This document shows, one piece after another, positions 1 through 12,084 of a DNA stretch of 64,000 nt. The first letter of the stretch is position 1. Each line of letters begins with the position of its first letter. The notes beneath the pieces are model-generated. The model did not search any database. It had not been told where the DNA came from and was given only the letters and a program-made list of their open reading frames with translations. The translations under genes and the position numbers were made by a program. This DNA comes from Entomortierella parvispora E1425 (lineage: Eukaryota; Fungi; Mortierellomycota): assembly GCA_020891255.1 (NCBI GenBank), contig BQFW01000003.1:248001-312000 (forward strand), in the 5' to 3' direction.

Positions 1-403
1 ATGCAGTTGGCAAGGCTCCCACGTTCTAGGAAGCCACCAATGTGAAGCAGCGTCTCTGGCGGCAATTCCAGCTTGTCCATTGGATGTAAGGATGAGGAGA
101 TGGGAAGGGAGGGACGTGATGAATTTGCATGTGCATGTGGTCAAAGGATTTTGGGAAGGATCAGGTCACAAAACAGACGCCACCAAATTATTTTTTTGCA
201 GCATGGCGAACCCCTTGCGCGACCCAAAAAGACGTTGTATGCACTGATCCGCGAGGTTCATTGAGGTTTTGGCCACAAGGGATCATCTTCCATATAGCAC
301 ACAATGGTCATAGGCTAGCTACGAACAGTCAGGTTACGTTGGTTGGCACATATGAAAGAAATGAAGCAGAGCTCCAAATGGAATTGCAGGCATTTTTAAT
401 GAT

Positions 404-1663
404 CTACTTCTGCTTGCGAGTCAAGACAAAAAGTTGCATCGCATCCTGCTCATGAACAATTTCGATATTGAAGAACTCTTTGGCTTTGACAAAGAACTGC
501 TGCTCAGAGTCGTGACGGAACTTGTATCCCAGCAACACCTTTGTCTTCTCATCACTGTAATCCAACACAGTCTGGAGCAACCAATCGTGCGACAAGTCGT
601 TGTAGACCACATCCGCCAACAACAAAATCTCGACTGGCTCCACGTTGCGATCCTTCTCGGCCCAGTCCAGGAAGCCAACTTTCATGTTATGATGGGGCAA
701 CAAAGCCTGGTTGGCATCCACGTTCTGTTGCATCAATGCCAAAGCCTCGTCCAAATCCGTAGACAATACAGAGAGTTCAGGGAAGGCAACCGCACAAGCG
801 ATACCGACCAATCCTGTTCCGGCTCCCAGTTCCAAGCAGACTCTTTGCTTTTTAACGGGTATTGAGGTCTGCTTCTCGTCTGAGGATCCTTCTGAGGTTG
901 AAAGGGCTGCCATGGAGGACTCTAATGATCCATCGTCCTGCTTTTGTTGTGACTCTCCTCCTGCTTCTTTCTTTGGTGTTGTCTCGGCCATGTACTTGCT
1001 CAGCCAAGAATCGGGAAGCATCAAATATTTCGTCATGAACACACCAGAGTCCCAGATATGACGAGCCATAAATCCTTCGTTTGCGTCCTCGCGGACCAAC
1101 AATGACCTTCCTCGTCCATGGCTTCCACTGAGATGTGCTGGCAACTTGAAATAACGCTCGACCAGATCCTGACGCGTGTCCACCAAGTATTTCCTGTTCA
1201 CCTTGCGATGTTTGGTCTTCTTCGAAAAGTTCAAAGGTGCGGGTTTGATGTGGATGGGCAAGGACCAGGCGGGCAAAATTTCGTACTCTGGAGGTTCGAT
1301 CAATGTCTTGGAGCCCTGGGCGGTGTAAGGGGCAGGGTCCAAACTGAGGACCAACTGACATTCTTCGTAGACGGTCATACAAGGCGCCAGGCGAATGTCG
1401 ACAGAGCAGTAGCCAATCTTGGGGTCGAACTCCAATGAGAATCCCTGAGAGAGTCCCTGTGGCATGATGGTCATAACAGTCTCGTCCTCAGAGGCTCCAG
1501 GCATGGTCGAGGGAGTCCTGACCACTGTTTGACAGCGAAGTCTGCAGGGTTTGTCGTAAAACTTTTCAGTGAGATCTGTGGTGATGGTGAAGACCATCTT
1601 GAAAGGCTCCTGGATAACAGCCTCAAGAGGTGTGTTCTTGAGCAGGCGAATATAATAATACAT
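404..1663 (-). CDS. Class I SAM-dependent protein lysine methyltransferase-like (METTL21/family 16 type), single exon
   Basis: ORF 404-1834 with a likely start at MYYYIRLLK (ATG at 1663). Motifs: ARHIWDSG, CLELGAGTGLVGI (motif I), LSTDL, FLDW, LLADVVY. Confidence 0.85.
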   Translation of the reverse strand: MYYYIRLLKNTPLEAVIQEPFKMVFTITTDLTEKFYDKPCRLRCQTVVRTPSTMPGASEDETVMTIMPQGLSQGFSLEFDPKIGYCSVDIRLAPCMTVYEECQLVLSLDPAPYTAQGSKTLIEPPEYEILPAWSLPIHIKPAPLNFSKKTKHRKVNRKYLVDTRQDLVERYFKLPAHLSGSHGRGRSLLVREDANEGFMARHIWDSGVFMTKYLMLPDSWLSKYMAETTPKKEAGGESQQKQDDGSLESSMAALSTSEGSSDEKQTSIPVKKQRVCLELGAGTGLVGIACAVAFPELSVLSTDLDEALALMQQNVDANQALLPHHNMKVGFLDWAEKDRNVEPVEILLLADVVYNDLSHDWLLQTVLDYSDEKTKVLLGYKFRHDSEQQFFVKAKEFFNIEIVHEQDAMQLFVLTRKQK

Positions 1664-1978
1664 GACTGACGTTCCACGGAAAGGTATCTGAGGATGGTGG
1701 GAGTGTGGGGAGAGGGTGAAGAACGAGAGCAAAAAAAGAAAAGGAAAGGCTTGTTTACAATCGTGACCGTCTTGCCTCGAGTGCACGTGCGCGGAAATTG
1801 GTGGCGCTGCGCTTTGGACAAAGGCGATGCGCATGCACGCAGAGCAGCATGTCCTCCCTCACTGTTCCCTATCACATTCGTCAGTTTACCCATCTCCTCA
1901 AGGACAGGAATCCCATCGCTCATTAAGAGGCAAGCAAAGGACCATAAAACTGGAACAGGGAATCAGACGGCTACAGAC

Positions 1979-3592
1979 ATGAATAATGAAACAATGAAGC
2001 AGCTCTTCAAGGCTGGCGCCATTTTGCTTGTTCTTGATGCACCTCATAACCAGCTTGAGTTTGGCATCGATGTCAATTGCTGGAATACTGGACCACGCTT
2101 CAAGGGTATCAAGATTATACCTCCAGGACCCCACTTTGTCTACTACTCACTCCACAACACCAAGAAGGTTACGGAACAACAACCGGATCAGGATACGCCT
2201 GGAAGTGAGCATGGTACTGTCGAGGTTGCGGAGGCTGGCACGACTGGTGGTGAGGTCCGTATCGGGTTCTGGCACCAGTTTGAGAGTGGTGAGGTATTGG
2301 TGATGAAGTGGAACGCCTACAACGAAGAAATGGAGCTGGAGAAGGATCAAGAGCAAGTCGCACGTTATAAAGCAGGTAAGGTGCACATATTATGGCAATG
2401 ATTCGCTAACTATCATAATACTTACGGTGAACTTACGGTTCTTAATTTGCTCGACATGTAGGCATTCAAGAATTCGATCCGTTCCTAGGTGCCTATCCAC
2501 TGTTACCACCTACCTCGACCTATCCCGCATGGCTCAAACTCGCCAATCATATCAAAAGACCGACATTGGAGTCGATTTTTGTATCTGGAGGATTTGTCGA
2601 CTCGCACGACGACCAGCTCCAGGATGAACTTTCTAGGGCTACAAAGATTATTGACCGAAAGCAAAAAGACGATAAGGAAAAGTCAGATGCGGAAGAGCGC
2701 GCCAAGAACCCAACACCGTCCCAGAACACGAGGACCACGACCACGATTGAAGAGGAAGAGGATGATACGGAAGACGCGGCAATGGAAACAGAGAGCATAT
2801 CAGAAACCTATAAGAGTGAAACTCCGAGCACCACCACCGACCCAAAAACAAACAATACAGTTGTGAAGTTCACGCCCATCAACCTCAGATCCTCGTTCAG
2901 GAAAGGCGCCGTCGGAGAAGAGGTGACGCGGTATAGCTTGGACAAGAGCTGGCTCTTGAACAACCTGTTTACAACTGTGTACAAGTCAGGTAATACACAG
3001 GAAACTTTTGAAATCTGGGAAATGTCAGTCTTTTTGCCCTTTTTCAACTAATTTCAATTACTCCACGTCTATGTGTTACTTAGATGTCTCATCTTTTTTG
3101 GGAGAATACCAGGCCGCGTTCGTAACCATGCTGCTGAGTTATCATTTGGGGGCTTTTCGGCAGTGGAAATCCATGACCATTTTGGTCTGCCAAGCTACGG
3201 AAGCAGTGTCATCACCCAACTACTCGCGCTTATACTCCGAGTTCCTTCAAACCTTACACCACCAGCTCACATCAATTCCATCCAGTTTCTTTATGGACTT
3301 GCTCTTTGCCTCGCCAGACGAGGATGACATGACGGCCAACTTTTTGGAGTTGGCGCTCAAGGGCCTAGGCCGGAGTGTTCAATCAGGACTAAAGCGAGGA
3401 CATTGCACAGAGCTCCGGAAGCCAATGCGTGCTTTGCAACAGGCCGTGCTTGAGTCCTTTGAGTGGAAGATCCCAGGGGACTTCAAGACCTCTCAAAAGG
3501 TGGTAGAGATTTCAGATGTGCCAATGGTCAGCGACGATGATGATGACTATCAAGAAGAAGGCGAATACGCGCCCGTCATTGTAGAAACGTAA
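1979..3592 (+). CDS. AAR2: AAR2 (U5 snRNP assembly/A1 cistron splicing factor), 3 exons: 1979-2375, 2462-2989, 3084-3592
   Basis: Motifs [48 protein letters not shown] and LGEYQAAFV. The GT-AG introns join the exons in frame. Confidence 0.9.
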
Positions 3593-5275
3593 TAAATCGA
3601 CTTTTTTCTCTCCTGAACTTACTTTCTGCGAAAAAGCAAAATGAAACCGGGGGGCTCTGACAGGATTATCTCTTGGAAAGATGCGCCCATGGTTCCCAGG
3701 GTACTCTTGCTTTCATAACACCTTGGCCCTGCTGTCCGTCGTCCTTTTGGTTTCGCTTTCTGTCGATAGTTCTTCCACTTTCTCCTTTGGGCAAGCCGCC
3801 TTGTAGTGCCAACATGGTCTCTTTGCGATTGCCCATCTTTAGCTGCAAGGGGGGGATGGATCTGGCGAGTGGGTTTCTCTCTGGAACTGTGGGGTTCCAT
3901 GCGTTCATTACAACAGACGCGCCGCAATTATGATTCATGCAAAAACCCTGTCCTCTGGGATGCAGGCCAAGCCCTTGTTTTGCAATGGCACCCAAAAAAA
4001 AGTACATATGCAATGAATGCACACGGGTGCCGCTACGCGAAATGCAGGTGGCCCAGGCACGGGTACCTCGGCGTCGTTGAGCATGGAGAAAGGAGTGGGG
4101 AAGGAGGCGTGAATGACACGTTGCGTTGCGTAATACCCGCACTTTTTGCATTGCCTGCATTTTCATACTGCGAACCGGCAAACGCAAATGCCGACATTTA
4201 GACAAAGAGAAAGGACGGTCGGTGACACACGAGCTTCGTGAGGACAATTGATCAATGCACATGCACAGCTCCCAAATGGGAAGGGGGGATTTGGAGAGTG
4301 AGGGTGTATTGCTACGCCCAGTCATATTTTTTTTTCTGATTGTGCAACCCAATGCGGTGCCCCTGACTCCTTGATCTGGAATGGCAAGAAGGACAGAAAA
4401 AATCGCACGACATTGTTCTTGGGTTACGGACAAAAGACCGTTGGAAAGAGAGAAAAGTATGAAGGAATAAGGTCAACTACCAACGACATCATAAGCTTTT
4501 TTTTCTCTTCTTTGTCTCCGAACTGAGGTACTCCCATGAGGATGGAATGTAAACATGGTGGGCGAGCCAGGATAGAGAACGATGGTGAGAACAAAAAAAA
4601 AAAAAAAAAAAAAAAAAAGAGAGCACTTTTCTTATCTTGCGGCAGGGCTTTGTCTTCCAAGAATGAAGTCCGTCCCATGCAGGCAGCGCCCATTAGTCTT
4701 GCTCCCTGTCGGGCTGCCTGCAAACCAAGGCCCTTACCTCTGACCTTACATGGATGGCACCCTGAAGATGAGAGCCAACAAAAAGAAAAAAAAGAAAGGT
4801 GCAGGAGGATGGTAGTGTAACGCCATTTGAATCACCAAAAGAAAGTCTTTACAATATCGTGCGCATGCCTTGGACTCGTTTGCAATGAACCGGGCGGTAC
4901 AGTACTGCGGCCGACGACTCTCTGACCACCCTTGGACGCTGGGTATAAAAGGAAGGGGTGAAGGGCAGGGGCGGAGAGAGAAAGAACGATCAACGACCAC
5001 TCGGCCATTTTTATCTCTCTCTCCCTTTTCACGACAACCACCTGTTGCCTGTCCAGAAGAATCACCATCGCCATCAACATCAACCACCACTGCCGCCGCC
5101 ACTCCAATCCCCGTCTTTCCTCTTCCCTTCTCTCCACTCTGCAATCACACCTTCATTGCCTCTTTCTCCCTCTGCTTTCTCCTTTCTCGTTCTGTCTCCT
5201 CTTTTCTCTTCTTTAGCTCTCATCAAGTGAATCCAACAGCGGTCTATCCACCCGTCTACGACATAACATATCACC

Positions 5276-8079
5276 ATGGCGCCTTGTTCACAGCTTAATG
5301 TCATCATCGTCGGTGCTGGCCTTGGTGGACTGACTCTGGGGATCCTTCTTGACCAAGCCGGTATCCCATTCCAGATCTTGGAGAAACACCCTGGCGAGTT
5401 GATCCCCTTGGGTAGCAGCATCAGTCTGAACCAGACCATCCAACCCCTGATGGAGCAACTGGGCCTCATGCCTGAGCTGGAAGCCATCTCAAAACCGATT
5501 AGCTCCATGACTTTTCTAAAAGAGCACAATATGAGCAAGATTGGGGCCTTGGATCTAAGCACGGACTCTGTGCGGTAAGTTTGCTTTCTCGATCATTCCA
5601 AGTACATGGTTCAGGGGACAACAACTTGGTTGAGGTGTTTTTTTTTTTTTTTGGTTCTGTCAATTATACAATGAAGGCTGACATTGAAGATCGCACCTCT
5701 TTTTTTTTCTCCTGCTTTTCGATCTGCAAGTAGATATGGATATCACAACAGGCAAGTGTCTAGCGGCGATCACAAAGGAGGGGAAAGAAACGAGTTCTCT
5801 GTGAAAATGCCTCAAAAAAAAAAAAAAAAAATAGAGCATGCAAGCGCAAACTACTTCGAGTGCTTACCAACAGATCTGATCTGACCAAAAAGTTTTCTTT
5901 TTTTTTACCCATTCATCCATCATCTATATCATTCAAAAAACCACCTCGCCTCACCACTCACACGACCTCAATGGGCTGGGTGGACCGCAGGATCATGGAC
6001 CGACCCTCATTATACCGCCTCCTTTTGTCTCGGATCCCGCGTGAGAACATTATTACCGGGAAGCATGTTTGTGATATCGAGGAATCCAAGGACGGGATCT
6101 TGGTTCGTTGCTCAGATGGATCTTCTTTCAAATCTTCCATCTTGATCGGCGTGAGTAGTTTCTTCTGTCGTACCTTCCTCTCGAGATATTGCTTTTTAAG
6201 ATGTTTTTGTATTTGTATGGTATCGTCCATTGCACTCACTAAAGCCCCTTTCGTTTGTTGAAAACAGGCGGATGGTGCCTATTCCTGCGTCCGTAGATGT
6301 CTATATAGAGAGTTGAGGATGAAGGATCTGTTGCCGAAGGCTGATATGGCCCCCTTGGCGTTCGATCATCATTGTCTAGTTGGTAAGAAAGAGATACATG
6401 GCGCGCGAACCAGTGGCGGCGATAGTGCTTGTTCAAAACGTTTGGGGCTCACATCCTTTGCCTTCATTCTGTAATCAACGCGACTCTTTTTGCGTCATTG
6501 CGGTTCAAACAACAATAGGGATTACAAATCCAATCGACCCAATTTACTTCCCAGACCTTACCAAGAGTACATGTGAGATGCTCGTGGTCATTGGCAAGGA
6601 CAAACCCTACTCGGTAAATATCTTCCTGTTGTCCTGTTATTTGTGTTCCTGATCTCCTGACGCGTCCTGACGCGAAAATCTGACAGAGGTGCTTGCGTCT
6701 GATGTTAACAAGTTTTCCTCCTTCTCTTCTCTTTATCCAAGTAGTGGTGGTTGATCCCTCTATCGGACAACAGGGTAGCATGGCGTGTAACATACAACTT
6801 ACCAACGACACAGATCCGTCAGGAGCAACATATTCGCTCCTCAGACTGGGGCCCGGCTCAAGTCGAAGAGATGCTGGAAGCCTGTCGAGACTTTGCCTGT
6901 CCTTATCAAAGCACTCTGGCTGATTTGATTGATCATACACCACGGGAGAGGATATCTAAAGTCTTGCTAGAAGAGAAGGTGCGAGAACATGAGAAGGAAC
7001 GAGGCCTGCTCGATAGAGAGGTGGCAACGATAGGATTTCAATTGACAGATTCTGTGAGACGCGTCTGATTTAACTTGTGTTCTATGCTGTAATAGTTTTT
7101 CACAACATGGTATCATGGTAGGACGGTTCTAATTGGTGATGGTAAGTACCCATAGAGGCAAGATTAGAAGAATGCGACAGGCGACCAGTTCATCAGACCA
7201 CAGAGTTGACCCTGCCGATTTTTTTTTGTGTTCAATCTTAGCCTGCCACAAGGTAAAACCTAGTAGACTGGAAGACCTTATCACGGGAGAACTTTTTTTT
7301 ATGTCGCATTGGACTGAATGTTTGTTTTACCCGGGCAGACTCATCATCTTGCTCTGATGTCTTCATGAGCTGATCGCCTTTCTTTCTTCTTATTGTTGAC
7401 GCTTAAACCAATCGTTACCTCGTGGACCATGCAGGTTGTTCCACACGCCGGGTATGTCCGGTTTGCTCCTAACTTGGACTCCGCTGAGGATTGGTTGACC
7501 TTATGAAAGAAAACCAAGCTAACAAAGATCCACTCTTTTTGTTGCCCTTGCCTCTTGATCAAATACACTACAGTCAGGTAAAAAGAAAAAAAAGTGAAAC
7601 CAACTGCAGCAATGCGAACAATGAAAAAAAAGTCTTCGTCAATTTGGAAGTTGATCCGATCCTTCTTTTCGTTCGATTAGGGTGCGGCACAAGCAATGTT
7701 GGATGCCGTCAGTCTCGCCAATGTCCTCTATGAGCTCCCATCTCTTTCGTCATCCTCTCTCCAAACCACATTTGAATCTTACTACCAAGAGCGAGTCGCC
7801 CATGGGAAGGCGGCCGTACAAGGAAGCCGTCATATGGGACGACTCAGTGGAGGTCACAAATGGAGCGAGTCCATGGTTCGGAGCATGTTTTTGAATATCT
7901 TGCCTAGCAAGGTGCAGCAGACTATCCTGGACAAGATGTTGCACGTGCGGCCACAAGCTACTTTCTTACCCTTTGTGAAAGACAGAGGAGAGTTCAAGGC
8001 AAAGATCCAAGAGCCGTCATCGAGGCCGAGATCGCTCTCGGGATTGTGCCTTCGGCTGTTTCAACCACACCATCCATGA
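5276..8079 (+). CDS. FAD-dependent monooxygenase (FAD_binding_3), 11 exons: 5276-5574, 5734-5751, 5991-6150, 6268-6382, 6519-6613, 6745-6978, 7096-7141, 7242-7252, 7435-7451, 7574-7577, 7681-8079
   Basis: Motifs IIVGAGLGGL (GxGxxG), LIGADGAYSCVR (DG) and the spliced GRTVLIGDACHKVVPHAGQGAAQAMLDAVSLAN (GD). The frame stays continuous only with four micro-exons and one GC donor. Confidence 0.85.
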
Positions 8080-9984
8080 AAAAACGATACATTTGTACCT
8101 AGTGAAAGAGAGAGAGATGAGAGGTCGACTTCATTTTGAATCGACAATGCAATAAAGATAAAAAAACAAAACAAGAAAGAACACATATCATCGTTTAGTG
8201 ATTCGACAAGCGAGAGGGATTAAGGATGTTCATTTCCTCATCAAAATCGCGCCACCATCCAGCCTTCTTTTCGCTGACCCAACGGACAGTGCTCCTGTGC
8301 AACAATGACCTGTGACCTTTGTGAGAATTGGATTGGGTTGCTCTTTTCCCCGATCATTGCAAAATAAACAACAACAACAACCCTTCTCCCTGGCTGTCGC
8401 GTGGATGCGGACATTTTTCTCTCTTTCTTTGAACAGGATAGGCTGTTTAAGATGTGGGAAATATATTGTTAGTTTATCCGACAACAGAAGTCCTGAAGGG
8501 CCCTTTGACCCTTCCCTGCTGGTTTTGAGGACAAAGAAAACTTTTTGGCAAGGCTGAAAAAAAACATCGAGCACGCGCTTGGTTTCAACAACAGACATCG
8601 TCCTGGGAAAAACTTGCATGGCCTAAGCCCTAGCGCTCTTGTTCTGATGATTCCTTTTTTTTTTTTTTTTTTTTTTTTTTGAATGGGCGTTTTGGGTTCT
8701 TTTTCTTCAACGTGGGCATGTTGCACGAAATAATAAAAGAGAAACGCGGCGGAAGAGAGAACATCAACAAGCTGGGTGAGACCAAAGAAAGAAAAAATGG
8801 ACGCGTTCCAGTCCTCCTTCATACGAGCAGCATCAGCAAGGGGAAAGGGGGGCAAAAAAAAAAGAGAGAAAGCGCAGACGGCTGTCTCGTCCTTCATCAT
8901 GACCCTGGTGACCAGCGGGGTGGAAGGAAAGAAACGAAACAATCCGCAATCTCTGTTTTGTGGCCATGGAACGCATTAAGATTTCGGAACTTGTCCCGGA
9001 CGTGCAGCGGAAAGGCCGCGAGAGGCTGCTCCAGCCGTCAAAATTGGGTTCCTTTATTTGCGGTTTCTTTTTTCTAAATAGAGCTACAGTATTGGGTTCC
9101 AGGGTACATGTAGCGTGGATTCTGCAGTGCGTCTGGCTCCTCATAGGCTGTGGAGATCAAGGGGGCCATGTGCTTGTTAGTAGCTGAGATGAAAAAAAAA
9201 TGTACTTGTGTGTCGTGAATGAATGAAATTACGAAGAAGCAAAGGAAGGGTCGACCATGGCCCAAGCTAGAGAGTCGACTGCAGATGAGCTCTTTGCAGC
9301 CCGGGAGACGAGACGAGAACGGGTCACAGAAGAGAAGGAAGGCCCGGAAGAAGGATCCTTGAAGGCAAAAAAGACAAGGGCGAAGAATCGTCGCAATCAT
9401 CGTCCGCATGCCACACGGACCGTCCTTCCGCCATCCGCGATGCCCCAATCGCAGCTCCCAGCTTGCCGCTCTTTTTTTATGTTTTTCCCCCTGTTCTGTT
9501 ATCTGGGTGGATCTCTTTCTTTCTTTCCTCTCTTTCCCCTCTTTCTTTTTCTTCGTTCCTTCCTTTGTTCCTTTGTTGATATCTTGCTTCATCCTTCATC
9601 CCGTTATCCCTCTCCCTGTCCTACGTAATCTCCCTTTGCTTAACTCGCTCTCTCTCGCTCGCTCAGGTACAAGTCAAGATGAAGATGGAGATGATCGTGG
9701 ACACGCTGCGGCTCAGTCTCACCTGTGCGACTGAATGATGATTGCAATGATGACAAAGGGACTCAGAACCTTTGCAGGATGTGGGGAGATGGACACACAA
9801 CGTAACCGACATGGCACACAACAGAGTTGGCAGGCAGGTGGACAAGTTGATAAAAAGGAGACAAGAAGAGGGGAACGACGATCGATTGACTTGATCTGTC
9901 AGTTCAAACAGAACCCGTTTATCTCTCTCTCTCTCTATGACCTCTTCATTGGCAATTTGACGATGGGCTATGACGTGCAGGAAC

Positions 9985-10065
9985 AAAGAGACAAGACGAA
10001 AGAGACAAGAGTAGAGACAAGAGTAGACAAGAGTGGAGACAAGGGTAGAGACAAGTGTGGAGAGA
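9985..10065. repeat. Degenerate ~11-bp tandem repeat (GAGACAAGAGT-like)
   Basis: gagacaagacgaaa gagacaagagta gagacaagagta gacaagagtg gagacaagggta gagacaagtgt read directly. Confidence 0.7.
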
Positions 10066-10425
10066 ACAACCATGGATGCAACAGACAGACACGAACAGCA
10101 ATAAGACATGCATACATCCACCCTCCACCTTTCCATCCATCCATCCTCTCATCCCGAAGAGATGAATCCCGTGTCCGGATGAGCCTGCGGGGCTCCTTCC
10201 CTTTGCAGACAAGAAAGAAGGACCCTACCGACCCTGCCCTCCCTTTGGCCGTTTTCTGCTCATCTTGCATTTCTTCCACTTTTGCATTAACATTCTCTCT
10301 TCTCTCTCCTCTTTTTTTTCTTTTATCCTTCTTCTCCACTCTTGTTCACTTTTCTTCTCCCACGCCAGTCCACTCCCTTCTCCTTCTCCTTCCCACTCTC
10401 CTTCTTCCCCTCAACTTGCCTTGCC

Positions 10426-11571
10426 ATGTTTGACAGCCACAGCAACCCAAACTCGACCAACAGCTCCTCGCACTCGGTCTCCCGCAACGGCCATTCGACA
10501 ACCGTGGCCGAGGGTCAACTTATCGACCTTGGTGACCAGAACCAGCCCCTCGTCTCCGACTCTGGGTCGGGCGACGACGACGACGATGGCGATAACATCT
10601 CTCTTGGCTCTGTGGACTCTGACCGTGGCCCCAACACCTTGCCACCAACCTACGATCTCGCTGACATCCTTGGCTCTCACGCCGCTGCCACCGCTGCCAA
10701 CAACGGCGAGGCAGCTCTCAGCTCCAGTCCTCCCCGCAATGGCACCGTGACCAACAGCGCAGCGACTGCTACCACCAACGGGCGCTCAGGTACCACGCCC
10801 ACTATCGGACGAGTGCCCGTCAACATCCCCTCGACAGCAGAGATGGAGAACTTGCCCAATGATGTCGTTGCTCTGATTCTTGAGACCCTGACCGTCTTGG
10901 AGCTCTTTGACTTGCACACGCTTTCGGAGCGCTGGCGCCAGCTCACAACCCGTGCGTTGTTGGACAAGTTCACAATGAGCCATGTGGTCCTCTGGATGGA
11001 CCAGGAGGGTCATCGGTCGTTCCGCCCCATCTTCATGTTTGACTCTTTTGACGAAGCAACAAATCGCATCCGCTGGTTGCCCAAGGCCACTTCCAAACCT
11101 GAGAACCGTGGACAGGTCTATAGCAAGACATTTGGCATCACCAAGCCTGCGATTCGTATCATTTCCGTGGGCGATGTCGATAAGTACGATTATCTGGACA
11201 AGGAGGCACCCATGTCGATCCTCAAGCCCGGCACACGCACACTCTTGGGATCCGATAAGGGTTGCCCTTGGGCCTTCATCTACAAGGTCTCTTCGTTCAC
11301 ACGCAAGGGCAAGAAGATTGATGGTGAGCGATGGATCGAGCCCGTCTCGTTTGAGTGTCACTTGAACTTTTTGAATCCTCGCCGAGCCCACAAGCTGCGT
11401 CTGCTCTGGTACCTCCAAAAGTCATACTCGGGTGTCCCCTTGGTCGGAGGCAACGCTATCAAGAATGTGAACCGGTCCAAGGTGGAGGGCTTGGTGCCTA
11501 CACAACAGATGACCGAGTTCTTTACCGGTCATTTCCATCAGACCATGTCGACTATTCCTACACACCGCTGA
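10426..11571 (+). CDS. F-box-like protein with a low-complexity N-terminus, single exon
   Basis: ORF 10342-11571, likely start MFDSHS. F-box-like segment LPNDVVALILETLTVLELFDLHTLSERWRQL. Confidence 0.65.
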   Translation: MFDSHSNPNSTNSSSHSVSRNGHSTTVAEGQLIDLGDQNQPLVSDSGSGDDDDDGDNISLGSVDSDRGPNTLPPTYDLADILGSHAAATAANNGEAALSSSPPRNGTVTNSAATATTNGRSGTTPTIGRVPVNIPSTAEMENLPNDVVALILETLTVLELFDLHTLSERWRQLTTRALLDKFTMSHVVLWMDQEGHRSFRPIFMFDSFDEATNRIRWLPKATSKPENRGQVYSKTFGITKPAIRIISVGDVDKYDYLDKEAPMSILKPGTRTLLGSDKGCPWAFIYKVSSFTRKGKKIDGERWIEPVSFECHLNFLNPRRAHKLRLLWYLQKSYSGVPLVGGNAIKNVNRSKVEGLVPTQQMTEFFTGHFHQTMSTIPTHR

Positions 11572-12084
11572 GCGGGGTTGGAGACCGAACGACACACATC
11601 ATTGACCATCCCTCTCAACGCGCAACGGCCGACAACTTCAACAACCCAACAAAAAAACAACAACAACAACAAAAAAAATTGACTTGTCCTTCTGGAGGAC
11701 GTATGATACCCCACCAAAAGTGTTTCTGCCTGTATGTTTCCTTTTTTTTCCTAGGCTGCTTGACCCTGTCTTTGTCATAGCAACGGAGGAAAAAAAGTTG
11801 CTTTTTTCTTGAGGTAGAGGCAAAGCAGTGGAGGGTTTCTTACCTCCCAATATGTATATTTTCTTCCTTCTCTCTCTTTTCTCTTTTGTACAAATTTCCT
11901 CTCCAACACTTCTTTTTCTCGTCTACAGTTTGCTTGAATAAAAGACTTTGACCAACACTTCATATCTGTCCTTCGAGGACAACAAAAGATCCGTTGAGGA
12001 TAGGTCTTTTATTTTGATGGTTCCTGAGGTGGCTATCGAGAGACCGCCCAGTGAGATCAAAAAAGAGGGTATAGACCTGCCTGT

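Noticed and set aside
29-89. Possible terminal exon of an upstream gene (EATNVKQRLWRQFQLVHWM-stop)
   Set aside because: Too short at the window edge to support.
3619-5270. ORFs 3666-4433 and neighbours; poly(A) run near 4590-4618
   Set aside because: No coding signature. No RT or target-site duplication was seen to support a retroposed element.
8080-10340. ORFs of 100-230 aa in the gap between the monooxygenase and the F-box gene
   Set aside because: They are low-complexity, arise from purine/pyrimidine tracts and simple repeats, and give no motif or consistent splice model. An orphan gene cannot be excluded.
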